From Candidatus Nomurabacteria bacterium (GTDB lineage: Bacteria > Patescibacteriota > Minisyncoccia > Phycocordibacterales > UBA9973): DNA of 64,000 bases. Below are positions 49,012 through 58,826 of this stretch, in pieces (position 1 is the first letter of the stretch; each line of letters starts with the position of its first letter). The notes under the pieces are model-generated. The model had not been told where the DNA came from and searched no databases. It worked only from the letters and a program-made list of their open reading frames with translations. The DNA lies in the NCBI GenBank assembly GCA_026395995.1, contig JAPLXQ010000010.1:218179-282178 (forward strand), given 5' to 3'. The position numbers were made by a program, and so were the translations under genes.

Positions 49012-49260
49012 ATGGAACCAAAGTATGGTGATAATTCAATTATCATATCTGGAAAATACAAGTTTACTCTTGTTAAAAATCTTCCAGTAAAATATTTATT
49101 GGATGTTTACGATGGAAGAATTAGTCATGATAAACGATTAACAGCTTATGTAAAAGAAAATATTGAAAAAATTAAAGCCAGATTAAATGGCAAAAAAGTT
49201 GTTGAAAAAAATGTGACAAGATTGCTTATATATCGAGAGAAGAAGCCAGATTTAATTTAA
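49012..49260 (+). CDS. hypothetical small protein (cassette unit 1)
   Basis: 82-aa ORF, followed by a 41-aa CxxC-containing ORF (49275-49400). Confidence 0.35.
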   Translation: MEPKYGDNSIIISGKYKFTLVKNLPVKYLLDVYDGRISHDKRLTAYVKENIEKIKARLNGKKVVEKNVTRLLIYREKKPDLI

Positions 49261-49393
49261 AAAGAATAAGAGAAATGGAAGAGCAGGTTCACAAAAAACC
49301 AATACGTTCATATGAGTGTGAAAAATGCAGTGCTTGGCATTTAACCTCAATGCCATATGAAGTCTGGAAAGAATTAGAAAAAAATCAAAAAAA

Positions 49394-49440
49394 TAAATAA
49401 TATATTAACCCCCTTGTTCGCTGTTATGGCGACTTGGGGG
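49394..49440 (+). repeat. conserved 3-prime flank element / terminator-like repeat, copy 1
   Basis: attaacccccttgttcgctgttatggcgacttgggggttttaattt; near-identical copy at 50411-50458. Confidence 0.55.
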
Positions 49441-49464
49441 TTTTAATTTATTTAATTTTTCAAA

Positions 49465-49487
49465 CCCCACAGGATAATCCTGTGGGG
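49465..49487 (+). terminator. perfect hairpin ccccacaggataatcctgtgggg
   Basis: 9-bp GC-rich stem; lacks a clear T-tail. Confidence 0.35.
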
Positions 49488-49633
49488 TAAGTTCAATCTA
49501 CGCTATAGCTGAGATGTAAAATATCTCACTTTCTGCTATCGCTAGGACTGGTGAGTGTTTTAATTATAATCTTTACTTATATATTTTTTGGTGGTAAGGT
49601 AAAGAAAATAAATCTTACATTAAAAACTAAAAA

Positions 49634-50413
49634 ATGACACAAGAAAATATAAGTATTTTGAAAAATACCACCTCAGAACAGTGGCACAGCTGGATCTCTG
49701 ATAAGTTAAATGGAAATTTTGTTTATCCTGCTTTTGATACTGATATTGCTGATGGGCTTGGATATATATTTACCCAATTTAAATCAGCAGAAATTTCTTC
49801 TGAGCAATATCAAAAAGCCTTGTTTAAAAAATTGCTTGAGATATTAAAAGATAAAAAAGAAATATCAGAGAAGAAGATGGAATACATAAAAAGATTAATG
49901 ACGGCCACTGGTTGTATTAATGAAGTTCTGGTAGTGGATGAGCTGATTGAAATATTTCTAACAAAAGAATACGAAGATATAATCTTGCCTCCATATGATG
50001 ACTTTAGCGATGATTTAAAATCATTAGTTTTAAATAGATTGGCGCGTAGCAATATAAACAATGAACAAATATTAAACAATATAGACAATTATTGTTTGAA
50101 GTCCCTTGTTAAATATTTATATAAAAATTCACAGTTCTGTGGTGAATATTTAAGATTCACTCGTTTGAAATATGGTATAGATAAGTTTTTTGATAGATTT
50201 CTTCTTGTTGTAGATGATGAGAACTTTTCAAAATCTATGAAGTCTATGTTAATAGACCAAATGGAAGAATGTAAATTTTGGAATAAAGATACTTTTCAGC
50301 AAACTTTTGATGATCATTTGCCAAATTTAAAATTAAATTGTTATTTTGAGTCACCTAAATTTGTTGATGAGTTAATATTTAGAATGAATAATTATAATTC
50401 ATTTGCTAAATAA
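49634..50413 (+). CDS. hypothetical protein (cassette unit 2)
   Basis: 259-aa ORF, no recognisable domain; its 5-prime flank resembles that of the 49012 unit. Confidence 0.45.
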   Translation: MTQENISILKNTTSEQWHSWISDKLNGNFVYPAFDTDIADGLGYIFTQFKSAEISSEQYQKALFKKLLEILKDKKEISEKKMEYIKRLMTATGCINEVLVVDELIEIFLTKEYEDIILPPYDDFSDDLKSLVLNRLARSNINNEQILNNIDNYCLKSLVKYLYKNSQFCGEYLRFTRLKYGIDKFFDRFLLVVDDENFSKSMKSMLIDQMEECKFWNKDTFQQTFDDHLPNLKLNCYFESPKFVDELIFRMNNYNSFAK

Positions 50414-50458
50414 TAATATTAACCTCCTTGTTCGCTTTTATAGCGGGCTCGGGGGTTT
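50411..50458 (+). repeat. conserved 3-prime flank element, copy 2
   Basis: attaacctccttgttcgcttttatagcgggctcgggggttttatttt. Confidence 0.55.
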
Positions 50459-50516
50459 TATTTTGTCTTCTTGTCTTAAATTTTTGTTTTCTGATATAAT
50501 AGATGGATATTCTATT

Positions 50517-51197
50517 ATGATTAATTTCAATAATGTTTCAAAAGTGTATAGTCAAGATTCTGTGGCATTACGAGATGTGAATTTTTCAGTCTCCGCAGGT
50601 GAATTCATATCTGTCGTTGGACATTCTGGTGCTGGAAAGAGTACTTTAATTAAAATGGTATTAGCCGATGAAAAACCAACAGAAGGTACAGTCTTTTTTG
50701 AATCTGTTGATATCCACAAACTAGGAAATAAAGAACTCACAAAGCTTCGCCGAAGAATTGGAGCTGTTTTTCAGGATTTTCGTCTTTTGCCAAACAAAAC
50801 TGCTTATGAAAACATAGCTTTTGCTATGGAAGCCTCTGGAAAAACTGATGAAGAAATAGCTAGTGATGTGCCTCATGTGCTAGAACTTGTCGATTTGACC
50901 AATAGATTGAGCCATTTTCCACACCAAATGTCTGGTGGAGAAAAACAACGCCTTGCTATTGCTCGCGCTATTATCAACCAGCCTGAATTAATCATTGCCG
51001 ATGAACCGACAGGTAATCTGGATCCTGTGAATGCTTTTGAAGTGATACAAATTTTGAAAAAGATAAATGATCTGGGTACAACGGTTATTTTGACTACTCA
51101 CAATAGGGGCGTAGTCGAATCCATCGGCAAACGTGTCATTACAATGGAAAAAGGTAAAATAATTAGAGATGATAAAGATGGTAAGTATGTGATATAA
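50517..51197 (+). CDS. ftsE: cell-division ABC transporter ATP-binding protein FtsE
   Basis: Walker [10 protein letters not shown], signature LSGGEKQR, Walker [12 protein letters not shown]; extended -10 TGATATAAT at 50491-50500. Start moved to MINFNNV. Confidence 0.85.
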   Translation: MINFNNVSKVYSQDSVALRDVNFSVSAGEFISVVGHSGAGKSTLIKMVLADEKPTEGTVFFESVDIHKLGNKELTKLRRRIGAVFQDFRLLPNKTAYENIAFAMEASGKTDEEIASDVPHVLELVDLTNRLSHFPHQMSGGEKQRLAIARAIINQPELIIADEPTGNLDPVNAFEVIQILKKINDLGTTVILTTHNRGVVESIGKRVITMEKGKIIRDDKDGKYVI

Positions 51198-51209
51198 TAA
51201 AAATAAATT

Positions 51210-52127
51210 ATGACAGAATTAAAACGAATAATTAAAGCCGGATTTGTAAATTTTTCCAGAAATGGAATTATTTCATGGTCTGCAGTTTTAATCATTACGA
51301 TCACTCTTTCAGTAATCGGTTCACTTATTTTCCTGCAAGCAGTATTACATTCTTCTTTAGATCAAATGAAAGAGAAAGTAGATATAACTATTTATTTTAA
51401 TACAGGAGCACAAGATTCTGAAATGATGGCCCTAAAAGCCAATATTGAAAAATTACCAGAAGTAGCAAGTACAGAATTTGTCTCTTCAGCTGAAGCATTG
51501 CAGACTTTCCGTGATCGTCACAAAGATGATTATCCTACTATCCAAGCTCTCGATGAAATAGGAATAAATCCACTCGGTGCCTTTTTGAATATCAAAGCAA
51601 AAGAAATAAATCAATATGAAAGTATTTCCAATTTCTTGAAGAGTGATAATGTCTTAGTTTCTGGTTCAAATTCTATTATTGATAAAGTAAACTATAATCA
51701 AAATAAATTAGTCATTGATCGTTTGAGTTCAATAATAAACGGAGCAGAAAAACTTGGCTTTATTGTGACTCTAATCTTCATCTTAATATCTTTAATTATT
51801 GCTTATAACACTATTCGTTTGGCTATCTTTATGTCTCGTGAAGAGATTTCCGTTATGCGTTTAGTCGGAGCAAGTAAATTGCGTATTCGAGGTCCATTTA
51901 TGGTAGAAGGCGCTATTTATGGTTTAATAGCCACCGTGATAACAATGCTTATTTTTTGGCCATCGACAGTCTGGTTTGGTAGTCATATGACCTTATTCTT
52001 AGGAATGAATATTTATGATTATTTTACTTCAAATTTCTTTCAAATTTTCTTTATTGTGCTATTATCAGGGATTCTGCTTGGGATGATATCTTCCTCTTTT
52101 GCAGTACGTAGGTATTTAAATAAGTAA
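51210..52127 (+). CDS. ftsX: cell-division permease FtsX
   Basis: Follows ftsE; four TM helices with a large extracellular loop; FtsX-like C-terminal TM block. Confidence 0.8.
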   Translation: MTELKRIIKAGFVNFSRNGIISWSAVLIITITLSVIGSLIFLQAVLHSSLDQMKEKVDITIYFNTGAQDSEMMALKANIEKLPEVASTEFVSSAEALQTFRDRHKDDYPTIQALDEIGINPLGAFLNIKAKEINQYESISNFLKSDNVLVSGSNSIIDKVNYNQNKLVIDRLSSIINGAEKLGFIVTLIFILISLIIAYNTIRLAIFMSREEISVMRLVGASKLRIRGPFMVEGAIYGLIATVITMLIFWPSTVWFGSHMTLFLGMNIYDYFTSNFFQIFFIVLLSGILLGMISSSFAVRRYLNK

Positions 52128-52138
52128 TTAAAAATAAA

Positions 52139-53791
52139 ATGGCTAAAGAAAATACAAAATATATTTTTGTGGTGGGTGGTGTTATTTCTGGAGTAGGAAA
52201 AGGTATTACTTCCTCCTCAATTGGTCTTATCTTAAAAAATCGTGGACTCAATGTCACAGCGATAAAAATAGATCCATATATCAATGTGGACGCAGGAACA
52301 ATGAATCCGACAGAGCATGGAGAAGTTTTTGTGTTGGGAGATGGAGATGAGACAGATCAAGATATGGGTAATTATGAAAGATTTTTAGATGTGAATCTGA
52401 CTCGTACAAACTATATGACGACTGGCCGTGTATATCAGGCTGTTATTGAAAAAGAACGCAATTTGGAATACAAGGGTAAGTGTGTCCAAGTCGTTCCTCA
52501 TATTCCAATGGAAATAGTCGGACGTATTAAAAAAGCAGCTACTGATGCTAAGGCTGATGTAGTAATGATTGAAATCGGTGGTACTGTCGGAGAATATGAA
52601 AATATTTTATATTTAGAAGCTGCTAGAATGCTAAAAATTGAAAATCCTCATGATGTTATTTTTGTAATGGTTTCTTATTTGCCGACTCCTTCAAAAGTGG
52701 GTGAGATGAAAACCAAGCCGACACAGCATGCATCAAGATTACTTAATGGTTCAGGAATTCAAGCTGATATTTTAATTGCTCGTGCTGATACACCACTAGA
52801 CGAAAAGAGAAAAGAAAAACTAGCAATGTTTTGTAATATTCCTATGGACCGAATAATCTCTGCACCAGATGTAGACAGTATTTACGATATACCTTTAAAT
52901 TTTGAAAAAGAAAAATTGTCTGAAAAACTTTGTGAAATAATGGGTGTAGCTTGTAAAAAACCAGATGAGAAAAATTGGCTTGCTTGGAAAAATTTCACCA
53001 AGAAGGTTCATAAAAATAAGGACACTTTGAAAATTGCGATGATTGGAAAATATTTTGAGACAGGGGACTTTGTCCTTTCTGATTCATATCTTTCTGTTAT
53101 TGAGGCTGTGAAATATTCAGCTTATGCTCAAAATAAAAAGCCAGTTATTTCTTGGCTTATTTCTACTGATTTTGAAAAATCACCAGTAAAATTGAAAGAA
53201 TTAAAAAACTACGATGGAATCATTGTACCAGGAGGATTCGGTTCGCGTGGAATAGAAGGAATAATAAGTGTTATTAAATTTGCTCGTGAAAATAAAATTC
53301 CATATTTTGGACTTTGTTATGGTATGCAACTTCTCGTGATTGAATATTCTAGAAATATTTTAGGTTTGAAGGATGCCAATACTGCTGAAGTAAATCCAAG
53401 CTCAAAAAATTTGGTTGTCGATGTAATGGAAGATCAAAAAGAGTTATTGAAAAAGAATGTTTACGGAGGTTCAATGCGTCTTGGTAGTTACAATGCTGTA
53501 TTGTCCAAGGGAAGTATTGCAGAAAATTCTTATGGAAAGAAAGAAATAATTGAGCGCCATAGGCATCGTTATGAAGTGAATAATTTTTATGTAGAAGAGT
53601 TAGAGAAGAAAGGTTTAGTGTTTTCTGGTAAATCTCCAAATGGAAAACTTATGGAAATAGCCGAATTACCTAAAAAGGTACATCCATTTTTCTTAGCTGT
53701 TCAATTTCATCCAGAATTTCTAGCTCGTCCACTCACACCCCATCCACTTTTTACAGCTTTTATAAAAGCTTGTGTTAATAAAAAGAAGTAA
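52139..53791 (+). CDS. pyrG: CTP synthase
   Basis: N-terminal IFVVGGVISGVGKGI, C-terminal glutamine amidotransferase with GLCYGMQ and HRHRYEVN. Confidence 0.9.
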   Translation: MAKENTKYIFVVGGVISGVGKGITSSSIGLILKNRGLNVTAIKIDPYINVDAGTMNPTEHGEVFVLGDGDETDQDMGNYERFLDVNLTRTNYMTTGRVYQAVIEKERNLEYKGKCVQVVPHIPMEIVGRIKKAATDAKADVVMIEIGGTVGEYENILYLEAARMLKIENPHDVIFVMVSYLPTPSKVGEMKTKPTQHASRLLNGSGIQADILIARADTPLDEKRKEKLAMFCNIPMDRIISAPDVDSIYDIPLNFEKEKLSEKLCEIMGVACKKPDEKNWLAWKNFTKKVHKNKDTLKIAMIGKYFETGDFVLSDSYLSVIEAVKYSAYAQNKKPVISWLISTDFEKSPVKLKELKNYDGIIVPGGFGSRGIEGIISVIKFARENKIPYFGLCYGMQLLVIEYSRNILGLKDANTAEVNPSSKNLVVDVMEDQKELLKKNVYGGSMRLGSYNAVLSKGSIAENSYGKKEIIERHRHRYEVNNFYVEELEKKGLVFSGKSPNGKLMEIAELPKKVHPFFLAVQFHPEFLARPLTPHPLFTAFIKACVNKKK

Positions 53792-53803
53792 TATAATTTA
53801 AGT

Positions 53804-54232
53804 ATGGAACAAACTAATCAAGAAAATAAAATAAATTACCAAGGTCATTATTATGGAAAAATAATTCGTTCGATTTTTATTGTCGGTGGTCTCGTAATGC
53901 TTCTTTCTTTTCCGTTTTTTAGTAGTTTGATAAATTTACCAATATATATACCAATTATTACTATTATTCTTTTTGTTGTTATTGGTGGACTTATCAATCC
54001 TTTATCAAAATGGATTTTTATTGCCGGATCTATTATCCCAGTACTTGCTCTGACAATGTTTGAATATTATGCTTTCAATACTTATCAAAATATTTCAAAT
54101 TTAAACTCGATGAGTGTAGCATTTTTCTGGATCAACCAAGCTTTAGCCTTGATGTTTTTCTTTGCTACATATCTATCAGTCAAAACCCTCCGCGCAATGA
54201 TGCAAGGAAAAATGGTTGACGATACTGAATAA
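53804..54232 (+). CDS. membrane protein, unknown
   Basis: 142 aa, three or four TM helices. Confidence 0.4.
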   Translation: MEQTNQENKINYQGHYYGKIIRSIFIVGGLVMLLSFPFFSSLINLPIYIPIITIILFVVIGGLINPLSKWIFIAGSIIPVLALTMFEYYAFNTYQNISNLNSMSVAFFWINQALALMFFFATYLSVKTLRAMMQGKMVDDTE

Positions 54233-54237
54233 TATTG

Positions 54238-54308
54238 CTGCCAGACCTGGACTCGAACCAAGATAGTCTCCTTCAGAGGGAGATGTCCTACCATTAGACG
54301 ATCTGGCA
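54238..54308 (-). tRNA. tRNA-Gln (anticodon CTG)
   Basis: Sense tgccagatcgtctaatggtaggacatctccctctgaaggagactatcttggttcgagtccaggtctggcag; U1-A72, loop ctCTGaa. Confidence 0.65.
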
Positions 54309-54430
54309 ATGTTTATATTCTGTCTTTTAAAAACCTTCTTCCAAATCGATTCTTTAAATCTTCTGTATACCCTATATAAAGATTTTCATCTTTTGAACTT
54401 TTTAAAACATAAGTGTAATACATCTTGTTT

Positions 54431-54495
54431 ATGTCCTACCATTACCCGCCCGCAACGCCTGAGCTTGCGATGGCGGGCGGGGACGATCTGGCAAT
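54431..54495. repeat. partial duplicate of the tRNA-Gln 5-prime region, itself split by a 38-bp GC-rich palindrome
   Basis: atgtcctaccatta + cccgcccgcaacgcctgagcttgcgatggcgggcgggg + acgatctggcaat reproduces 54283-54310 of the tRNA, with the palindrome replacing a single G. Confidence 0.6.
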
Positions 54496-54566
54496 ACTTT
54501 AACAGTAGCTTAAAAAAGCTAATTATTCAACTTTATTTTATTATTGTGCTATTATAGTACAATAAA

Positions 54567-55154
54567 ATGATTCCAAAAATAACGAACATTATCCGTTTTA
54601 TCAGGGAAACGATTAAACATCCACAACAAAATGGTGCTATTGCTCCGAGCTCTAAAAAACTCGCAATTTTAATTACACAAAAAGCTGAACTAGATAATGC
54701 AAAAGTAATTGTGGAAATAGGTTCTGGTGACGGTGTTTTTACTAAAGAAATTTTTAAAAAAATTAATAATAAAGTTCCTTATTTTGCCATTGAAATTAAT
54801 AAATTTTTTGTTGATCAATTTAAAAAAACTTATCCAAATTTAACAATCTATCATGATAGTGCTCAAAATATTGATAAGTGTTTAGTAAAGTCTGGACATA
54901 CAAAATGCGACCGAGTTATTTCTGGTCTTCCTTGGACAGCCTTTGACGAAAAAATGCAAAAAGATATTATTACAAAAATTTATAATTCATTAGAAGAAGG
55001 TGGTCTTTTTGTAACCTTCTCTTATTATCCTTTGAATAATTTACCAGATGGAAAGGCTTTTCATAAAACATTGAATAGTTTATTTAAAAGTGTAAATAAA
55101 TCTGAAGTTGTCTTAAATTTCCCTCCAGCTTTTGTATATATTTGTAGAAAATAA
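54567..55154 (+). CDS. class I SAM-dependent methyltransferase-like protein
   Basis: Motif I IVEIGSGDGVFT. Confidence 0.5.
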   Translation: MIPKITNIIRFIRETIKHPQQNGAIAPSSKKLAILITQKAELDNAKVIVEIGSGDGVFTKEIFKKINNKVPYFAIEINKFFVDQFKKTYPNLTIYHDSAQNIDKCLVKSGHTKCDRVISGLPWTAFDEKMQKDIITKIYNSLEEGGLFVTFSYYPLNNLPDGKAFHKTLNSLFKSVNKSEVVLNFPPAFVYICRK

Positions 55155-55199
55155 TTAATTCACACAGACTTCATTATTCTGTGGTACAATAAGCTTAAT

Positions 55200-56852
55200 A
55201 TGAAAAATTTCTTAAATACAATAAAATTGTACGTGTTTGGGCATAAAATTTTGAGTGTTATTTTATTAATAGTACTTATTTTTATTGGACGTTATGTTTA
55301 TCAAAAAGTTACTAGTACTGCCGGTGATACTAGATATATCACTACTAAGGTTGAAAAAGGCACTATTATTGCTTCTGTTACTGGTACAGGTCAAGTGAGT
55401 ACTTCCGATCAAATTGATATCAAGTCAAAAGTTTCTGGCGAAATAACTTGGGTTGGTGTTTCTGCTGGTCAAACAGTTAGCCAAGGCCAATCTCTTCTTA
55501 ATATTGATTCCAAAAATGCACAAAAAGCTGTACGTGATGCACAAGTAAATCTCGAAGGTGCAAAGATTTCTTTAGAAAAATTAAAAATACAAAATTCAAA
55601 TCAAAATTTAAGTGCTGATTTATTAAAAGCTTATGACGATGCTATTAGTTCTGTCGCTGTGACATTTTCTGATTTAACATCTCAGCTAAACGGATTGGAT
55701 ACTATTTTAGCACAACAAAATCTTTCCGATAATGTCGCACGAGTCAGTGGTACTACAGCTTTAAATTATAGAAATAAAGCAGAGTCTTCATACTATGAAG
55801 CCAAGAATTCATTTGAAAAAAGTAGAATAAATTTTGTTGATATTAATCATAACTCACCAAAAACTGATATTGAAAACATTTTAAATAAAACATACGATAC
55901 GACTTCTGTTTTAATTGATGCTATAAAAAATACTAAAAATTTTGTAGATTATATTGCTGAAGATACTAATACTGTCACTACGTTTATTTCTAATCAATCT
56001 ACGCTCGCGTCTTATCTTGATGCAATGAATAGTCATTTTTCTAGTCTTAGTTTGATTAAAAAGACTATTCAAGATAGTAAAGATTCTTTTTCAAATAGTG
56101 ATTTAGATATTCAGTCAGCAGAATTAAGTATCAAACAAAAAGAAAATGCATTGCAAGATGCAAAAGATAATTTAGCAGATTACACTGTCCGAGCACCTTT
56201 TTCTGGTGTAATTACTGTTTTAAATGCAAAACTTGGCGATACTGTACCGTCTACAGTGGCAACTATTATTACAAATCATCAGCTAGCTGAAATATCTTTA
56301 AATGAAGTAGATGTTGCTAAAATAAAAATTGGTGAAAAATCTATTCTCACTTTTGATGCAATTCCTGATTTGAGTATTTCTGGAAAAGTGGAAGAGGTTG
56401 ATTCTGTCGGAGCTATTGCTTCTGGAGTCGTTACTTATAATATTAAAGTGAGTTTCGATACTCAAGATTCTAGAGTGAAACCTAGTATGAGTGTGTCAGC
56501 AGCGATTATTACTGATATTAAAAAAGATGTATTGCTTGTGCCAAATAGCGCAGTAAAATCAAATAATAATGGTAGTTATGTAGAAATGTTTAATATACCA
56601 TTACCAAAAGCTACTGATGGATTACAGGGAAGGATTTCAACAATTACTCCAAATAAAATTCAAGTTCAAGCAGGTTTATCAAATGATTCACAAACAGAAA
56701 TTATTTCAGGAATTAAAGAAGGAGATGAAGTGGTTTCTCGTACTATTTTACCTTCAGCAGTCAAATCAGCTACTACGACCCCTAGTCTTTTTGGTTCTTC
56801 ATCTGGAAGTGGAAATAGGGCTCCTGCAGGTGCCACTCCTCGTGGTAATTAA
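55200..56852 (+). CDS. efflux transporter periplasmic adaptor subunit (MacA/HlyD family)
   Basis: N-terminal TM, long coiled-coil, lipoyl/beta-barrel motifs (VRAPFSGVITVLNAKLGDTV). Confidence 0.7.
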   Translation: MKNFLNTIKLYVFGHKILSVILLIVLIFIGRYVYQKVTSTAGDTRYITTKVEKGTIIASVTGTGQVSTSDQIDIKSKVSGEITWVGVSAGQTVSQGQSLLNIDSKNAQKAVRDAQVNLEGAKISLEKLKIQNSNQNLSADLLKAYDDAISSVAVTFSDLTSQLNGLDTILAQQNLSDNVARVSGTTALNYRNKAESSYYEAKNSFEKSRINFVDINHNSPKTDIENILNKTYDTTSVLIDAIKNTKNFVDYIAEDTNTVTTFISNQSTLASYLDAMNSHFSSLSLIKKTIQDSKDSFSNSDLDIQSAELSIKQKENALQDAKDNLADYTVRAPFSGVITVLNAKLGDTVPSTVATIITNHQLAEISLNEVDVAKIKIGEKSILTFDAIPDLSISGKVEEVDSVGAIASGVVTYNIKVSFDTQDSRVKPSMSVSAAIITDIKKDVLLVPNSAVKSNNNGSYVEMFNIPLPKATDGLQGRISTITPNKIQVQAGLSNDSQTEIISGIKEGDEVVSRTILPSAVKSATTTPSLFGSSSGSGNRAPAGATPRGN

Positions 56853-56858
56853 AATAAG

Positions 56859-57560
56859 ATGATTGAAGTAAAAGATTTAACAAAAACATACAAGACAGGT
56901 GATGTAGAATTTCAAGCCTTGAAAGGCGTGAGTTTTACAATTGCTGATGGAGAATTTGTGGCTATTATGGGTCCATCTGGATCTGGTAAATCAACACTGA
57001 TGCATATTTTAGGAGCACTGGATAATCCTAGCAGTGGAACTTATTTTTTAGACGGAAAAAATATTGCGTCTTTTTCTGACGACGAGTTGGCAGATATTCG
57101 CAAAGACAAAATAGGTTTCGTTTTCCAATCTTTTAATTTACTTCCTAGAACGACAGTCTTACGAAATGTAATGTTACCAATGGTTTATAATGGTATTTCA
57201 GTCGAAGAAAGAGAAAATCGAGCGAAACATGCACTCGTAGCTGCTGGTCTTGATGAAGAACATTTCCTTCATCTTTCAAATCAAATTTCTGGTGGACAAA
57301 TTCAACGTGTGGCTATTGCTCGGGCTCTTGTAAATGATCCATCACTTATTTTAGCTGATGAACCGACAGGGAATTTGGATTCTAAAACAGGAGAAATCGT
57401 TCTGGGGACTTTTGAAAAATTAAATAAAGAACTTGGACGCACAATTATTTTAATTACACATGAGCAAGATGTGGCTGAACATGCAGATAGAATTATTTTT
57501 ATTAAAGATGGTCAAATTTTGTATGATAAACCAACACAAAAGAGATTGGCTAAAAAATAA
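56859..57560 (+). CDS. ABC transporter ATP-binding protein (MacB/LolD-type)
   Basis: GPSGSGKST, LSGGQIQR (variant), [11 protein letters not shown]. Confidence 0.85.
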   Translation: MIEVKDLTKTYKTGDVEFQALKGVSFTIADGEFVAIMGPSGSGKSTLMHILGALDNPSSGTYFLDGKNIASFSDDELADIRKDKIGFVFQSFNLLPRTTVLRNVMLPMVYNGISVEERENRAKHALVAAGLDEEHFLHLSNQISGGQIQRVAIARALVNDPSLILADEPTGNLDSKTGEIVLGTFEKLNKELGRTIILITHEQDVAEHADRIIFIKDGQILYDKPTQKRLAKK

Positions 57561-57561
57561 T

Positions 57562-58770
57562 ATGAAAACTACAGATATATTACATGAAACATATTCTTCA
57601 CTTCTTGCGAACAAGGCTCGGTCTGGTTTGACGATGCTAGGTATTATTATTGGTATTGCTTCTGTAATAGCGATGATTTCGATTGGTAATGGGGCAAAGG
57701 CTTCCATTCAATCAAGTATTGAAGGTCTTGGTTCTAATCTTTTAACAATTCTTCCGGGGATTGTGCAACCAGGCAGAGGAATTGTTTCCTCTGGAAGAGG
57801 TACAGCACAAACTTTAAAAAATACAGACATTGCTGTAATTCAATCACTCGACGGTATAGGTGCTATTTCTCCAGAGGTCTCAAGACGTTTTCAAATTGTT
57901 GCTACAGGGAATAATACCAATACGACTGTGACTGGAGCAACTCCTGAATATATGACTGTACATAATCTTGTGATTGGTGATGGATCATTTATTTCTGATT
58001 CTAACCAAAGAAGTATTGGTCGGCAAGCAGTCCTAGGTGCTACTGTTGCTACAGACCTTTTCCCTGATCAAAGTCCTATTGGTAAATCAATTCGTATTAA
58101 TAAAGTAAATTTTACTGTTATTGGAGTCGTTGCGGCTAAAGGTGGCGCAGGATTTTCTGGACCAGATGATATGGTTTTTGTACCACTTTCGACAATGCAA
58201 AAAATTCTTTCTGGTGCAGATTATCTTTCTACAATGTCAGTTAGTGTTACTAATAAAGATGATATGAGTGCTGTAAAAGATGCTGCTACAATTGCGCTTC
58301 TCAATAAACATAATGTGGCTGAAGCAGATTTTTCAATTATTTCTCAAGAAGATATTTTAGGGACACTTTCACAAGTGATAAATACTTTTACGATTTTTCT
58401 CGCAGCGATTGCCTCAATCTCTTTGCTTGTCGGAGGAATTGGAATTATGAATATGATGCTGACGACTGTGACTGAACGTACAAAAGAAATTGGTTTACGA
58501 AAAGCTATCGGGGCGAAAAGACGAGATATAAATATGCAATTTTTAGCTGAAGCTGTGGCTCTGACATTTACCGGAGGAGTAATAGGAGTAATTCTTGGGT
58601 GGCTGATATCATTTGGAGTGAGTGCGACAGGGCTCGTGCAAACGCAAGTCTCACTTTCTTCTGTTCTGTTGGCTTTCGGCGTGTCGGCCTTGATTGGAAT
58701 AATTTTTGGATATTATCCTGCTCGTCGTGCTGGAATGCTAAACCCAATAGATGCTTTGAGGTACGAATAA
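57562..58770 (+). CDS. ABC transporter permease (MacB/FtsX-like fold)
   Basis: N-terminal TM, large periplasmic domain, C-terminal three-TM FtsX block. Start moved to MKTTDIL. Confidence 0.8.
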   Translation: MKTTDILHETYSSLLANKARSGLTMLGIIIGIASVIAMISIGNGAKASIQSSIEGLGSNLLTILPGIVQPGRGIVSSGRGTAQTLKNTDIAVIQSLDGIGAISPEVSRRFQIVATGNNTNTTVTGATPEYMTVHNLVIGDGSFISDSNQRSIGRQAVLGATVATDLFPDQSPIGKSIRINKVNFTVIGVVAAKGGAGFSGPDDMVFVPLSTMQKILSGADYLSTMSVSVTNKDDMSAVKDAATIALLNKHNVAEADFSIISQEDILGTLSQVINTFTIFLAAIASISLLVGGIGIMNMMLTTVTERTKEIGLRKAIGAKRRDINMQFLAEAVALTFTGGVIGVILGWLISFGVSATGLVQTQVSLSSVLLAFGVSALIGIIFGYYPARRAGMLNPIDALRYE

Positions 58771-58826
58771 AAAGCTCCTAATCTATGGAGCTTTTTTTGT
58801 TTTTCTGCTAAGATAGAGTTTATATT

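Noticed and set aside
49465-49487. GC-rich perfect hairpin ccccacaggataatcctgtgggg as a member of the CT/GA-arm element family
   Set aside because: Its arms lack the CCCCTCC/GGAGGGG composition. It is more likely an ordinary terminator or structural hairpin of the cassette-unit spacer, so it is listed only as a weak terminator.
54309-54557. 82-aa plus-strand ORF next to tRNA-Gln
   Set aside because: It lies across the tRNA pseudo-copy and the GC palindrome, has no RBS and low coding potential, and is treated as non-coding.
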